A DNA stretch of 64,000 bases from contig NC_043006.1 in NCBI RefSeq assembly GCF_006345805.1, positions 23,932,001 to 23,996,000 of the forward strand, given 5' to 3'. The translations under genes and the position numbers were made by a program. A model generated the notes under the pieces. The model ran no database searches, had not been told where the DNA came from, and was given only the letters and a program-made list of their open reading frames with translations. Below are positions 49,266 to 62,099 of the stretch, piece by piece. The stretch comes from Octopus sinensis (lineage: Eukaryota). Numbering within the stretch: the first letter of the stretch is position 1; the number at the start of each line of letters is the position of its first letter.

Positions 49266-51364
49266 GCCTCGGCCCCACAGCGCAGCACCTTAGGCAAGTA
49301 TCTTCTACAACAGCCTCGCGCTGACCGATGCTTTATGAGTTCGTTACGTACCCGTAGCTTAGCCGTTCGGCAAAAGATACCGATAGAATAAGTACCACAC
49401 TTTAAAAATGAGTAATGGTGTCGATCTGTTCGACTAAAACCCTTCAAGAACGATGCCTCAGCATGGCCGTAGTCTAATGACGGATACGAAATTTAAAGAA
49501 AAATTTTTTTAGAAAAAGCTATAATAAAAATTAGTTGTTGAAGTGGCAATAAGGATGACTTCTAATTAAAATATTTCTTAAAAAATGGAATAGCTACAAA
49601 GCTGGTCACGAAAAACCCAATGACTCAACTAAATGAAACATCGAGCCAAGTTTAAACTCGAATCTACTTGGTCAGAACCTCCCTCTCTCTCTCTCTGCCA
49701 CCCACACTTTTGTTTGGAAAGTAAAGGACTTAGAAATTAAGATCTAAACCCAAAACCTTTTAAACTGGTCCACCATACTTTCGTAGTAGCTACCAGACAC
49801 ATAAACATTGCCTGGCCTTCCAAGAAATAAAGACTAAAAAAAACACGGGAGGGTGTAATCAAGAAACCTGGCTGTTATTTCTAGGAGGTCGAGAGGCCAG
49901 GTACAACCTTCTTGGAAAAAAAAATGGTATGGCCATGGCTGGAACCCCTAAGGTTTATTTAGGGTCAGTTTTTTTTTTCTTCTACAAGCGGGGCTTGCTT
50001 TAAGGTAAACACCAATAGCGAAAACACTATTTCCTTGTTAAAACGAAAAGGTGACAACCAAGAAAGACGGGCAGCCAATGTGAACGGACACGTTGGCAAC
50101 AATCAAAATAGCGTAAGGGTAACCATTAACAATAGCGTCTTAAATTAAATACAGTCAACAATAAGGTATTGTTTGCTGTTTGTAAAATTAACTTTTTTTT
50201 TTTTTTACGGGGAAGAAAGATAAAACAAACAATCGTGAAAGGCATAGTATTTTTTTCTCACGGAACAAAAACAATCATGCCTAATAATGTACAGAATATT
50301 TCTCACACGATTTATTTTTTTAATAAAGAATGGCTTTGCTAATTACAATAACATGATTAAGGGTAATAATATGATTAAACAAGTTTTGTTTTAGTAGGTG
50401 GGGGTGATCTTTTTTTTTTTTAACGGGGGCATATTCCTCCACCCCCCGCCCTTAAGCAAGGGTTATTAGAATTACTATCTTCCCCTGAATAAACAGAAAC
50501 AGCAACAAACAACCAGGAAATGAAGCCAAATTATTTGGCATTCAAGTGTGACGTTCTGATGTTTACTTTTATCAAACAGCACCATAAGGAGATGAGCTTA
50601 CTTTGTGGCTCACAGATAGAAATAGCAACCAAATCTCCCTCAAATTACACTATCTTTTTTTCCTTTTTTTTCGTAAATGTGAACGACATGTTAGATCATT
50701 TTGGACTTCTCTTTAATCAGAGTCGAATTGAAATTAAATAACATTTAGGGAGCACGAAGAGATAAATAAAATTAATCGATAACAGTTTTTCAATGATATT
50801 TGTTCTGCTGAACTCTAGCACCAGCACCACATGGGTGAAAGGTGAACAGAATAACATTAATATGGAAACGATTATGAATATTTCTCTTGCCATAAAGGTG
50901 ACGAAAGAGATAACATACATTATAAATAAGAATTACAATAGGTCACTATTGTTACTTAGCCATGATTCAGCAGACATGATCAAAGGCACTCTAACAGTGA
51001 CCACCTCATGCAAAGAATCTAAGACAACATTGTTAAATCCGATGTGACTTTTTCTAAGACGGTACGGTGTGATTTGAGGGGAACTTGGCTGCTGGTTCTA
51101 GCAGGTAGAGGCTGCTCCTTCGTCGAGTAAGAGAATGTCTAATTAATAGACGACAGCAAATCGTCAACAAGCAACAGGGAAGGACTCTACGTGGTCGCCC
51201 GACTTGCCAGAAATAGTAAACGAATCTCTGCTAGATTATACTTTGACTTTAAAAAAAAGGAAAGAACCGTTGGTCATATCTGGAATGCCTTTAATCAAAT
51301 ATTTGCCTGATGTAGAGCTAAACAACGGTAAAGCTTCAAAGTTATAGTGAAAGGGTATAAGGCC

Positions 51365-51509
51365 CAGCACGGGCAACCTTTCTTGAGAAGCGGGCCGCAT
51401 CAGACATGGCTCATCATCAGACGGGCCGCACTATTTAAAAATTCTCAAGGTAATTTTGTTAGGCGTGCCAGTCTGAAAGTCCAGCGGGCCGCAGTTTTTC
51501 CCATGACTG
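51365..51509. mobile_element. hAT-like MITE
   Basis: cagcacgggcaacct..gcgggccgca at left and gcgggccgcagtttttcccatgactg at right; no TSD seen. Confidence 0.55.
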
Positions 51510-51787
51510 GCACAGGATATTGAATTGATCAATATATTACTGGTATGTATTTTATAGACCTTCAAGGACAATATCGACTTGCTCAAGACTTGAACGTTGA
51601 TCGTAACGAGACCTCCGTATGGATACATGTGCGTATATAAGGTGACAGCGAGTGTTTATGTGCGTGTGTGTGTGTGTGTGTATAGGTGTATGCGTGCATA
51701 GAATATGATTAAAGTGTCCGTGTACGTAGACATATACTGAAGATCGGTATATAATTAGTAAGTGCACTCGGCCATCAACACACACAT

Positions 51788-51815
51788 CGATAGATAGATA
51801 GATGGATATACAGAC

Positions 51816-51872
<57 letters not shown>

Positions 51873-51983
51873 TACAGACAGATAGATGGATGGATATACA
51901 GACAGATAGATGGATGGATATACAGACAGATAGATGGATGGATATACAGACAGATAGATAGATGGATAGACAGACAGACAGAT

Positions 51984-52040
<57 letters not shown>
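51788..52040. repeat. (GATA)n/(GATG)/(GACA) compound microsatellite with a higher-order unit
   Basis: Direct inspection. Confidence 0.95.
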
Positions 52041-52041
<1 letters not shown>

Positions 52042-52721
52042 GTGTGTATGAATATATAATTTCACAAACATATTTCAGTATAGACATGTACACATACAAA
52101 CATACACATTATATATACATATATGTCTGTGTACGTGTGTGTGTATATATATATATATACATACATACATACACACACAGTAGTACCTATATATATATAT
52201 ATATACACATACACGCATATATTATACAGGTATATATGTATATATATATACATATATATACACACACATATGCATATGGTGTGTCTACAGGCAGTATATA
52301 TAACGTGGATATGAATATATATAATGTGCGTGTGTTTAAGATTCTATAAACCGAAGACGATGACAAAACCACAACAAAAAAAAATCAACGAAACGGACAC
52401 CAAATGAACACACTTACTTTCTCTTTGCCAGCTTTTAATTTCTTGAGTCTTTCCGCTTGGTCGTCCATGGTATCCCATAGTCTGTGTCACTATTTTATTA
52501 ATAATACTATGATGTCAAGTTTAATATAAACTTGATTTGTCTCTCTGCGACGTTTAAGCGGTCGACATGTCGCTTGTGGAGAGTGATTAAAAAAATGGAC
52601 GGGTTTCAAGTAAAGCTGGGAGTTGAGGTAGTTTCGTAGCTTTAAAGTCAGCTGTTATGTAGGTTATATGTGTGTTGGAGATGTAGAGTTATTTAGACTC
52701 GCAGCTCGAGCTATATATACA

Positions 52722-53442
<721 letters not shown>

Positions 53443-53874
53443 TATAACCACAATCGTATATGCATGTACATGTAAAAAATGTATATACATATATACATTG
53501 TGTGTGTGTGTGTGGTGAATTATACCTTACTAAATGAAATACTATCCTTTACTCTTTTCTTTGACGAAAATGCTATGATAAATTTCTGATTTCGCTTTTG
53601 TTTTAAATTAGTTTTTTTTCCAATCACATACTCGCACCTCCACCATACACACACACACACACACACACACACAAAGGTACACGTGCACCAACACGATACA
53701 ATTAACTTTCTGAGCATGCCAATTCCTTTTCTTTCTTCGCTCCTCATCTCCCAATCGAGTCGTGGGGCACCGCCGAGACATTCACACACACACACACACA
53801 CACACTCACACACACATGCATACATACGCATATACAAATACACACACACACACACATACAAACACATGCACGAT

Positions 53875-54050
53875 AATCGCGTGAGAAAGGATAACTGCTC
53901 AGATCATTCTTCGAAGAACTGTGGAGAGAAGAAGAAATAATGACAGACAAATGAAAATATAGGTGGATGACATCAAAGAATGAAGTGGGGCAGAGATGAT
54001 TAACGGAGAGCCCTAAACTCTGGCACTTAGCCGCGACAGATGGGAAAGAC
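53875..54050 (+). mobile_element. Decayed RTE 3' end
   Basis: TAQIILRRTVERRRN..VDDIKE resembles RTE ILQGTVEGxRRRGR..WxDxIKEW. Confidence 0.5.
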
Positions 54051-55123
54051 TGGTGTGTGTGTGTGTGTGTGAGGAAGAGAGAGAGAGAGAGAGAGAATGT
54101 GAGAACGAGGGAATCTGTGTATGTGCATAAGAGAAAAGAGAGAGAAGAGAGACGGAGAGAGAGAGTTTGTGTCTGTGAGATTGTCCGTTTGCATGTGCGT
54201 ATAAATGTGTGTATGTGTGTGTAACAAAAAGAATCTATTTGTGTGCACATGTGTGTGTGTAGATGTGACAGATTCTGTGTGTGTGTGTAGATGTGACAGA
54301 TTCTCTGTGTATGTGTGTGTGAGAGAGAAAGTCTCTGAATGTGTGTGCGTAGATGTGAGAGAATGTGATTTGTGTGCATGTGTATGCGTCTGATAGAGTC
54401 TATATGTATGTTAAATGTGTGTGTGTGTGTTAGCGTGTACAATTGAACATATGTAAACAAGAATGATATTCGAAATTCAGTCAACGAGGGATGTTCCCTG
54501 TGGTCACTCGCCCTGCTAGAAACAGTAGGCAAGTCTACTTCAAATTATTCTTTCTACAGTTTTATAAAAAGGAGGACACATTGGATAACGAAGCCGGGGT
54601 TGGGGTTGGAAGACTACGCTTAGAAGACATGACGATCACGGCTGGAACGCATTTGATTATAGATCTATTCAATCTGTGCCTACGCGTGACTAAAGAATAA
54701 GGAGTTCCAAAAGACCTGAGTCGAAATTTATGTGACAAGCCGACAACTGTAATTTCTTCAGATGTGAATGCTTTAAGCATCGTTGATAACCATTATGCGA
54801 TAAAAAAAACCGAAAAAAACTGGGGTATTGTGGGGATGTCACTCTCCCTTCCTGAAGTTTTTTGGTTGTTTCGAAAATATTTTTTTCTTTTATATCTGTC
54901 GTCCTTGATCTTTCACTTATTTCAGTCATTGGACACCAGTCATACTGGAGTGCCGCCTATTAGTCGCTTAAGTCGGCTATAGGATTTCTTTCTTAAGTCT
55001 AGTGTTTATCGATATCTTTTGCTGAAATGCTGAGAGGGATGTGAACAAGCCAACACCAGTTGTCAAGCGGTAAGGCAACAAACACAAAGTAGACACATAG
55101 GCATATATACATATAGTTCTGAG

Positions 55124-56745
55124 ATGAAATGCATCGTCATTGATGTTTCTGGAGTCTCAAGGAGTTTCAGTACTTTCAACATCAGATCTCCTTTCCAAGT
55201 TGACCCAGCTAGGGATAATCAAGTCCCATCTTGCATTCCAATAGAACCAAACCACAAGTTAATCCTTTATTCTCTAGAAAAACGACGACGCAGTGGTGAT
55301 CTCATTCTTGCTCACAACATCATTAGCGGAAAGTGTAACCTCTCGAAAGAGCTGTTCTTCACTCCTGCTCCAGAGCGTCGGCTGCGGGGTCACTCCGAAA
55401 AGCTCTATCTGCGACGATTTCATCTCAATCGAAGGAGAGGGACTTTCTCCGTCCGGGTTGCGGATCCGTGGAATAAGCTGCCGGACGAGATAGTGAAGAT
55501 GCCCACGACCGCTCGGTTCAAAGTCTCCCTTGACCAGAAATGGCCTGAACTCTTTGCATGAACACCACCCTGTACATAACTCCATGTCCCCCTACATGGC
55601 CTTGCTTTTTGCTTTTTGAGCCAAAAAATTAACTTAACTTAACTTAACTTAATCCTCTTAATCCCAAAACCACCTAATGGCCTTCTCTGCAGCTTCAATG
55701 ATGAAATTTATAGCTCTCCTCTTTGCTGCACCAGTAAATCCAAACCCAGTCAGAGCTTCGTCGCACAAATCTCAACAGGCCACTTCTAGTGCCTCGCAAC
55801 GTGTTTGTCAAACCTGATTCCTGAATTACTCTACCAGCTCCTACTATTCAGCAAGCTTCATCTCATGCTTCCTCCATGTGATCCTATAAAGGAACGGTCG
55901 GTTACCACATGATCACCTGTTTGGTGGAATTTGAGGAGATTGCTATGTCTGGTCGGAGTGTTGTTGATACTATATGATCTGGGAACTTTAACTGTTCCAC
56001 GAGAACCACTCTCACCTGCCAGTCTGGGACTATGGAAAGTAGGTACGATTGTCGTTGGAGTGTTTGTGAACTGGATTTCTCTCCAACTCAGAAAAAAAGT
56101 TATGGCCTCTTTCCTGGGGTGGTATTTACTGAATGAAGGGCTGTCGATATTACATGCTCAACCGCCCTGGGCACCTTGTCATGCTGCTAGCGGTAGCGGC
56201 CATCAGCTAAGCTGTTGAGAAGATACTGAGGGGATCACCTCTTTTACTTAATTTTTTTATGTACATACAGGACAGGATGGTGTTTCACTCCAACTGTGAA
56301 GGTTTGTGAGACTCGGTATGGTGTTGCAGACAACCTAGATTAGAAATTTGATATGCTGGATGTCAGTCCACCGGAGACTCGACTAAGTAATTTTCCACTG
56401 CTGTATGTTGGGCCGGCTGGTCCGGGTTCTTTGTTCATCCTGCCCGCCCTTGCTTCTTCTACACCTGTGAGGACTTCTCCTTGGAGGAGATGCTGTCGCT
56501 CTTTCCCTTTGGTGCTTCCAATCTGGTGGTTTTTTTAAATAATCCAGGTCTGAGTACGCTATCGCCACAGTTCCGACTAGAGCCCTCTGCCTCGACTGTT
56601 CCTCTGCTATTTGCAGCATTCCGCTTCCTACCTGTACGAACTTCAATGCCAACTCCTGCTACTTTTGTATCACATGAATCTCTGTTCCTCGTGGCCTCTT
56701 ATGTTCTTGACATTATGAACAGCTCTGAGAAGCCACTGAATGAGA
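55124..56745 (-). mobile_element. Decayed HERO-like non-LTR retrotransposon (zinc knuckle, restriction-like endonuclease and 3' UTR), split by CR1
   Basis: Minus strand GIEVRTGRK, RQRALVGTVA, PSCPVC, GRYR*QHDKV, DWQVRV..QLKFPDHIVSTTLRPDIAISSNSTKQVI..TVP, LEVAC, KRRAI..EAAEKAIRW; many stops and frameshifts. Confidence 0.85.
55267..55648 (+). mobile_element. 5'-truncated CR1-clade LINE 3' end with (TTAAC)n tail and 8-bp TSD
   Basis: YSLEKRRRSGDLILAHNII..RRLRGHSEKL..FSVRVADPWNKLP..FKVSLD; TSD ttaatcct at 55259-55266 and 55649-55656. Confidence 0.92.
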
Positions 56746-57219
56746 TATGTGTATGTATATGTATGTAAACGGTGAGATTTCCCATCTGCGTAGCATCTTG
56801 GGCAAGTGTCCTTTTCTATAGCGCTAGACCAAACAAAGCCTTTTAAGTGGATTTGGAAAATGGAAACTGAAAGAAGCCCGTCGTGTATATAGATAGATAC
56901 ATACATACATACATACATACATACATACATACATACATACATACATACATACATACATACATACATACATAGAATACTTCACGTATATATGTTGAAAGTC
57001 TGGAAAATACGATAACCGTCACGACGCAAAAATATATCAGTAATTTCGTACTGCTTACTCTTGTAAATCCTTACTCTTGTAAATGGCTAAATACGTATTT
57101 CTGCTTTTTTGAGCATCGTCAGTAGTAAACATCCATTATTAACTGAATGCCAAGATAAATTTAGTCACTATTGATAAAGAAAAAAAAGTGATTAACAAAT
57201 TACAGGTATTGCAAATTCT

Positions 57220-57617
57220 AGGCGCAGGAGTGGCTGTGTGTTAAGTAGCTTGCTTACCAACCACATAGTTCCGGGTTCAGTCCCACTGCATGACACCTGC
57301 GGCAAGTGTCTTCTGCTATAGCCGCGGACCGACAAAAAGCCTTGGGAGTGGTTTTGGTAGACGGAAACTGAAAGAAGCCCGTCGTATATATGTATGCGTG
57401 TGTGTGTGTTTGTCCCCCCCAACATCGCTTGACAACCGATGCTGGTGTGTTTACGTCCCCGTAACTTAGCGGTTCGGCAAAAGACCGATAGAATAAGTAC
57501 TAGGCTTACAAAGAATAAGTCCTGGGGTCGATTTGCTCGACTAAAGGCGGTGCTCCAGCATGGCCGCAGTTAAATACCTGAAACAAGTAAAAGAGTAAAA
57601 AAGAGAGTAAAAGAGTA
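57220..57617 (+). mobile_element. SINE family A, full length, near consensus
   Basis: Intact head, CpGs retained, (gagtaaaa)n tail, flanking gtattgcaa duplication. Confidence 0.95.
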
Positions 57618-57627
57618 TTGCAATTAC

Positions 57628-58030
57628 CCGACGGCAAGCTTGCAGAATCGTTAGCACGTCGGGCGAAATGTTTAGCCGTATTTCGTTTGCTATTACGTTC
57701 GGAGTTCTAATTCCGTCGAGGTCGAATTTACCTTTCATCCTTTCGGGATCGATAAATTAAGTATCAGTTACGCACTGGGGTCGATATTATCAATTTAATC
57801 CGTTTTTCTGTCCTTGTTTGTCCCCTCTGTGTTTAGCCCCTTGTGGGTAGTAAAGAAATAAGTATTTCATCTGTCTTTACGTTCTGAGTTCAAATTCCGC
57901 TGAGGTCGACTTTGCCTTTCATCCTTTTGTAGTCGATAAATTAAGTACCTGTTGCGTATTGAGGTCGATCTAATTGACTGCCCCACCACTCTCCAAAAAT
58001 TTCGGGCCTTGTGCCTATGGCAGAAAAGAA
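57628..58030 (+). mobile_element. SINE family B dimer
   Basis: Same internal re-entry junction as 42902 and 43086. Confidence 0.85.
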
Positions 58031-59060
58031 TTGGCCGGCAGGCTGGATAAAAAAATTCGCTCTTAGCAACGGAAACAGTATTAGTGCAAAGTTTTGCGAG
58101 TGGAATTGGTAGACAGAAACTGAAAGAAGCCTCCGTGTGTGTGTCTGTGTGTGAGTGAGTTAGTGTGTGTGTGTGTGTGTGTCTTTGTGACAGCGTTTGT
58201 CCTCCAGCACCGCTTGACAACCGGTGCTGGTGTGTTTACGTCCTATAACTTAGCGGCTCGACAAAAGAGACCGATGGAATAAATACCAGGCTAAAAAAAA
58301 TAAATACTGGGGGTCGATTTATTCAACTAAAAATTCTCTTAGGCGGTTCCCCAGCACGTTCGCAGTCAAATGGCTAAAACAAATAAAAGATAAAAGATTA
58401 TAGGTAAATAATAGAAAATGGAAAGAACGACATTCTTTGTTTAAAATCCCTACAACTGTTTCGACACATGTTTACATCTTCAGTACATTGGTAAGACGTT
58501 GTGTAAACATCATATATCCAAGGTGTTAAATGAACCTCTTCAGGTGATTGTTTAAATAAGTTCTTCGTTAGGTACTACTGTCATTTCAGTGTGAACATAC
58601 ATACTCAAACTGATGTGCTATTTTCAGCAGTTTACAGAGATATTACCTCCAGACGAATAGCGCAGCTAATTTGACTTTTTGTGATGTATTTGCATTGAGT
58701 ATGATACACAGATTGCTGTTTTAATCTAATGCTACTTCTATTGCACTGAACGGGGAAAAAATAGCTTATTCATTATTCATAAATGAACAGGATTTACAAG
58801 AGTAAGCAGTACGAAAATGGTAAAGAAAATAAAAGAAATCAGTAGACAGGCACGCTTCCTCAATAATTCATCACAGCAGGGGACACGGGTGTTCCCGTCT
58901 AAAAATGTTGAGACAACCCAAAATATTCGCGGCGTAACCGCGGGTGATTTGAGAAGGTTAAGACGCGGGAACAAACAAGGACTGAGATATTTTATATGGG
59001 AATGCATATGTATATGTGTATTAGCATTGGTCCAGTTTGTGAATGTATGTGTGAATGGTG

Positions 59061-59108
<48 letters not shown>

Positions 59109-59554
59109 CGCGTGTGTGTATGTCTATGGGGTGTGAATGTATGTGTGTTAGTGTTGTTTTGCCGTGTGTGTTAGTATGCATGCGTTTGTCACTGTGTCTG
59201 TGTGTATCATGTGTATATGATGTGCACCTGTATCAGCATGTTTGTACGTGTGCGTATGTGTATGTGCGCGCGCGCGTTTTTATGTATATGTATCGCAGGT
59301 CTAGGTACGTAGGTTTGTATGTCTGTCTTTCTGTGTGTGTGTGTGTGTGTGTGTATGTGGGTATGTGTGTGTGTTTGTGTTGTCTATAAGAGTGTGTATG
59401 TATGTATCTGTCTGCATTTGCTTGTGTGTATGTGTGTATCGTGGGTACGTGTATCAGTGTGTGTTTCTGTTTCAGCGTATGTGTGTGCGTGTATGTGTAT
59501 GCATGTGTGTGTGTATGTATGTGTTGTATATCAATCACCCTCCCACCACTGCTC

Positions 59555-59980
59555 ATGTCTGCTGCTGAAAAGAAACTTCCACATCATTACTTTCGTCGTG
59601 TCCGAACGAAAGAATTATTTCCACCTTTACTTTCGTATGTTGTGTATTACAGATTTTTGTTTATATTTCTCGATGACACTAAATTCCATATTCTAAATTT
59701 AAACCACATCTACTTTAATGATTTATTTTTAGAGAAAGTTCTCAGAAATATTGAAGAAAACGCAATAATTATTAAGTCAATCATCATTCTAGGAAAACTG
59801 GAAAATCTTAATGAAATATTTTTGAAACTTGTGATGAAAATTTCGATGATAACTTTTCCTTTCATCTGTGTTCCTTCGGTTGTATTCCCATTAGACATTT
59901 CAACGAAGAATGCCCTTTTCATTTCATTAAAAGTGATATGTTTTCATCAACCAAAAATCGTGGAAGAAAATCAAATTTAA
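59555..59980 (+). CDS. Unassigned 141-aa ORF in AT-rich unique DNA (possibly spurious)
   Basis: MSAAEKKLPHHYFRR..EENQI stays open for 142 codons despite high AT; no recognisable domain. Confidence 0.2.
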   Translation: MSAAEKKLPHHYFRRVRTKELFPPLLSYVVYYRFLFIFLDDTKFHILNLNHIYFNDLFLEKVLRNIEENAIIIKSIIILGKLENLNEIFLKLVMKISMITFPFICVPSVVFPLDISTKNALFISLKVICFHQPKIVEENQI

Positions 59981-60070
59981 ACTCGAACTGGAATCTAAAT
60001 TCAATTTAAAGAAAATAAACACTTTTAGCGATTTTTAAGAAATTCATTTTCAATTACGATTTGAATTTGA

Positions 60071-60168
60071 TTTAACCATTAACATTTTAACCATTAACAT
60101 TTAACATTTAACCATTAACATTTTAACCATTAACATTTAACCATTAACATTTTAACCATTAACATTTT
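60071..60168. repeat. Minisatellite (tttaaccattaaca)n, about six copies
   Basis: Direct inspection. Confidence 0.95.
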
Positions 60169-61219
60169 CTGCATTGATTTCCAGCAGAATAAATTTTCTT
60201 TAACATATTTTAAAAATGAATGGAATAACAATGGAAAACTAAAACATCTGAAATTTCAATTAAACCGAGGAAGGAAAATTTTATTTCAACAGCTTTCCTT
60301 GTTTGAAACATAATTTAAATAATCACTAACTTCTAGTGTTGTGTATTTGGCAATCCTTGTTGGATTAATTATTTAAATTTTAAATAAATAATGTTTAAAA
60401 AGTGTGGAAAGGGAATTTTATATGTATCAATACGAGTGGATTGACAACATATTTTAATCTATTCTTTCATTTGTCATTTTCCTTTTAAAGAAAAAAATGA
60501 AAATTACTTTTGATGAGTAGGTAAACTAATAATGTATCATTTTTCTAAATTTAGATGTGTAACTTCAACAGAGGACTATATTTACATTGGGAACAATTAT
60601 TAAACACCGGTGTAATGTAAATATTTGTCTTACAATGTGTCGTGTAGACGTAATTAAGACCAGAATTTGTTTTTACTGAAGATTACAAATGTGAAAATCC
60701 ATTATGTCTGTTTATATTTCCGCAGCTTGTATTCTCTAGTTATTAAAAGCGTTTGAAATATATATGACAAAGCGTGATACGCGGCTAAGCATGGCATACA
60801 TACACAAATGGGCCCCACACACAAATGATTTTGTTTCTTCATTACGTTAAGAAAATGGGCATTTTATAATGAAATTTTATACAAATACATTTCGTATGAT
60901 ATATATTATAATTATATCGGGAAAATATGTGGCAAAATAGAATCTGTGGTCGCACACATGCTGACACGGACCACAGTTTTTTTTTTCAAAATTCCAAGTT
61001 TCATTTTAGAAGATATGTGTGGTGCTCACTTATCGGTTTTTTTAATTCATAACAAATGCCAATATAATCGCTATCTACAATATATCAAAAGTATTTGTAG
61101 AAAATTTCATTAGAAAATATCCATTTTAGGAGAGTTATGAGGAAACAAAGTTACGTGGCGAGGGGCACACTTTTGTACAAGTGCACGCAGTGACCCAGCA
61201 ACAAAATTTGCTTAGACGG

Positions 61220-61467
61220 TGTAGTGTGATGGAGGAAAAGGACAGCAGAAAAAGAAGCAACGGGAGAAAGAAATACAAAAGGCCTTACCTGCGCTCTTTG
61301 CTGAAACTGACCACACGAGCTTGCTGACCACACATGCTTCCTGCCCACGCATGAGCCTTTCACTCTTCCGCCGTCCCCTGCAAGCCTTACTTCCGCCCAC
61401 CTCATCTGTCATCCTCTCCACCAACACCACATAGCTCATCACAGCCCATAACACCGCTAACACCACA
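61220..61467 (-). mobile_element. 3' LTR of Gypsy element B (248 bp)
   Basis: TGTGGTG..CACTACA termini; polypurine tract aagggggggggggcg immediately upstream on the minus strand. Confidence 0.8.
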
Positions 61468-61827
61468 CGCCCCCCCCCCCTTGATCTACAGATCACTCAA
61501 CCGGCTTTCCCACTCACTCCTCGCTCCCGAACTCACACCTTAACTGGTTTCATAATCAGCCAACCAGGGAGGAAGGTGCCGCTCCCTCTGTGGTCGCAGT
61601 GCGACCCTAGGACTGGCCTGAGTTCCTGACATGTTGCTGCTGGCTTCATCATCTTGTCTACTGATGTTATCTTCATCTTCTTGCCTACTGTTGTTGTCTT
61701 CATCTTCTTGCCCACTGCTGCTGGTTCCATCCTCTGAGGCATGGACAATCTTCTGTTCATCCAAAACGTGGCGTGGCATACCATCGACAGAGACGTTTTT
61801 CTTCGAATTGATGGGGGTTATTGTTCC
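61468..61827 (-). mobile_element. Gypsy element B: integrase C-terminal remnant and PPT
   Basis: GTITPINSKKNVSVDGMPRHVLD..RERHLPPWLADY* is paralogous to element A's GTVTVVNSRNNVSVDGMPRHVLD..PPCWMVDY. Confidence 0.85.
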
Positions 61828-62088
61828 TGTGTTGTATGCGAGAGATTCGAAATAAAGGCACCTACCTTCTCTTCGCTCAGATGGAGACCCTTCAACGGTA
61901 ACGGATCCTTCAACACAGCCCGACCCGAACGCTAGAGATAGCAGCTGCTTCACCCAACCTTAACAACGTGATGACCCGTCTTAGCCCCCTCGGCGACCTG
62001 ACTCGAAAAGGTAGAATCCCCCGCTCGCTGCGCGCGCGTCACCGCTGCCCCTTCCGGTCAGCTCCCCAGCTGCTGACGTCATCCCACA
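61828..62088 (-). mobile_element. 3' LTR of Gypsy element A (261 bp)
   Basis: TGTG..CACA termini; PPT-like agggtggcg upstream; abuts the integrase of element B. Confidence 0.75.
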
Positions 62089-62099
62089 CGCCACCCTGA

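Noticed and set aside
55124-55561. 145-aa plus-strand ORF as a single gene
   Set aside because: Chance fusion of the antisense HERO 3' end with the CR1 ORF2 end across the insertion junction
58780-58990. Minus-strand frame ending in a transmembrane-like segment (RKRACLLISFIFFTIFVLL)
   Set aside because: No in-frame start or splice acceptor outside the microsatellite; T-rich strand bias explains the hydrophobicity
60071-60168. CRISPR-like array
   Set aside because: Contiguous tandem units with no unique spacers; no CRISPR features anywhere in the window
60942-60985. 8-bp hairpin followed by poly-T (terminator-like)
   Set aside because: Eukaryotic context with no upstream Pol III gene; too short for a pre-miRNA
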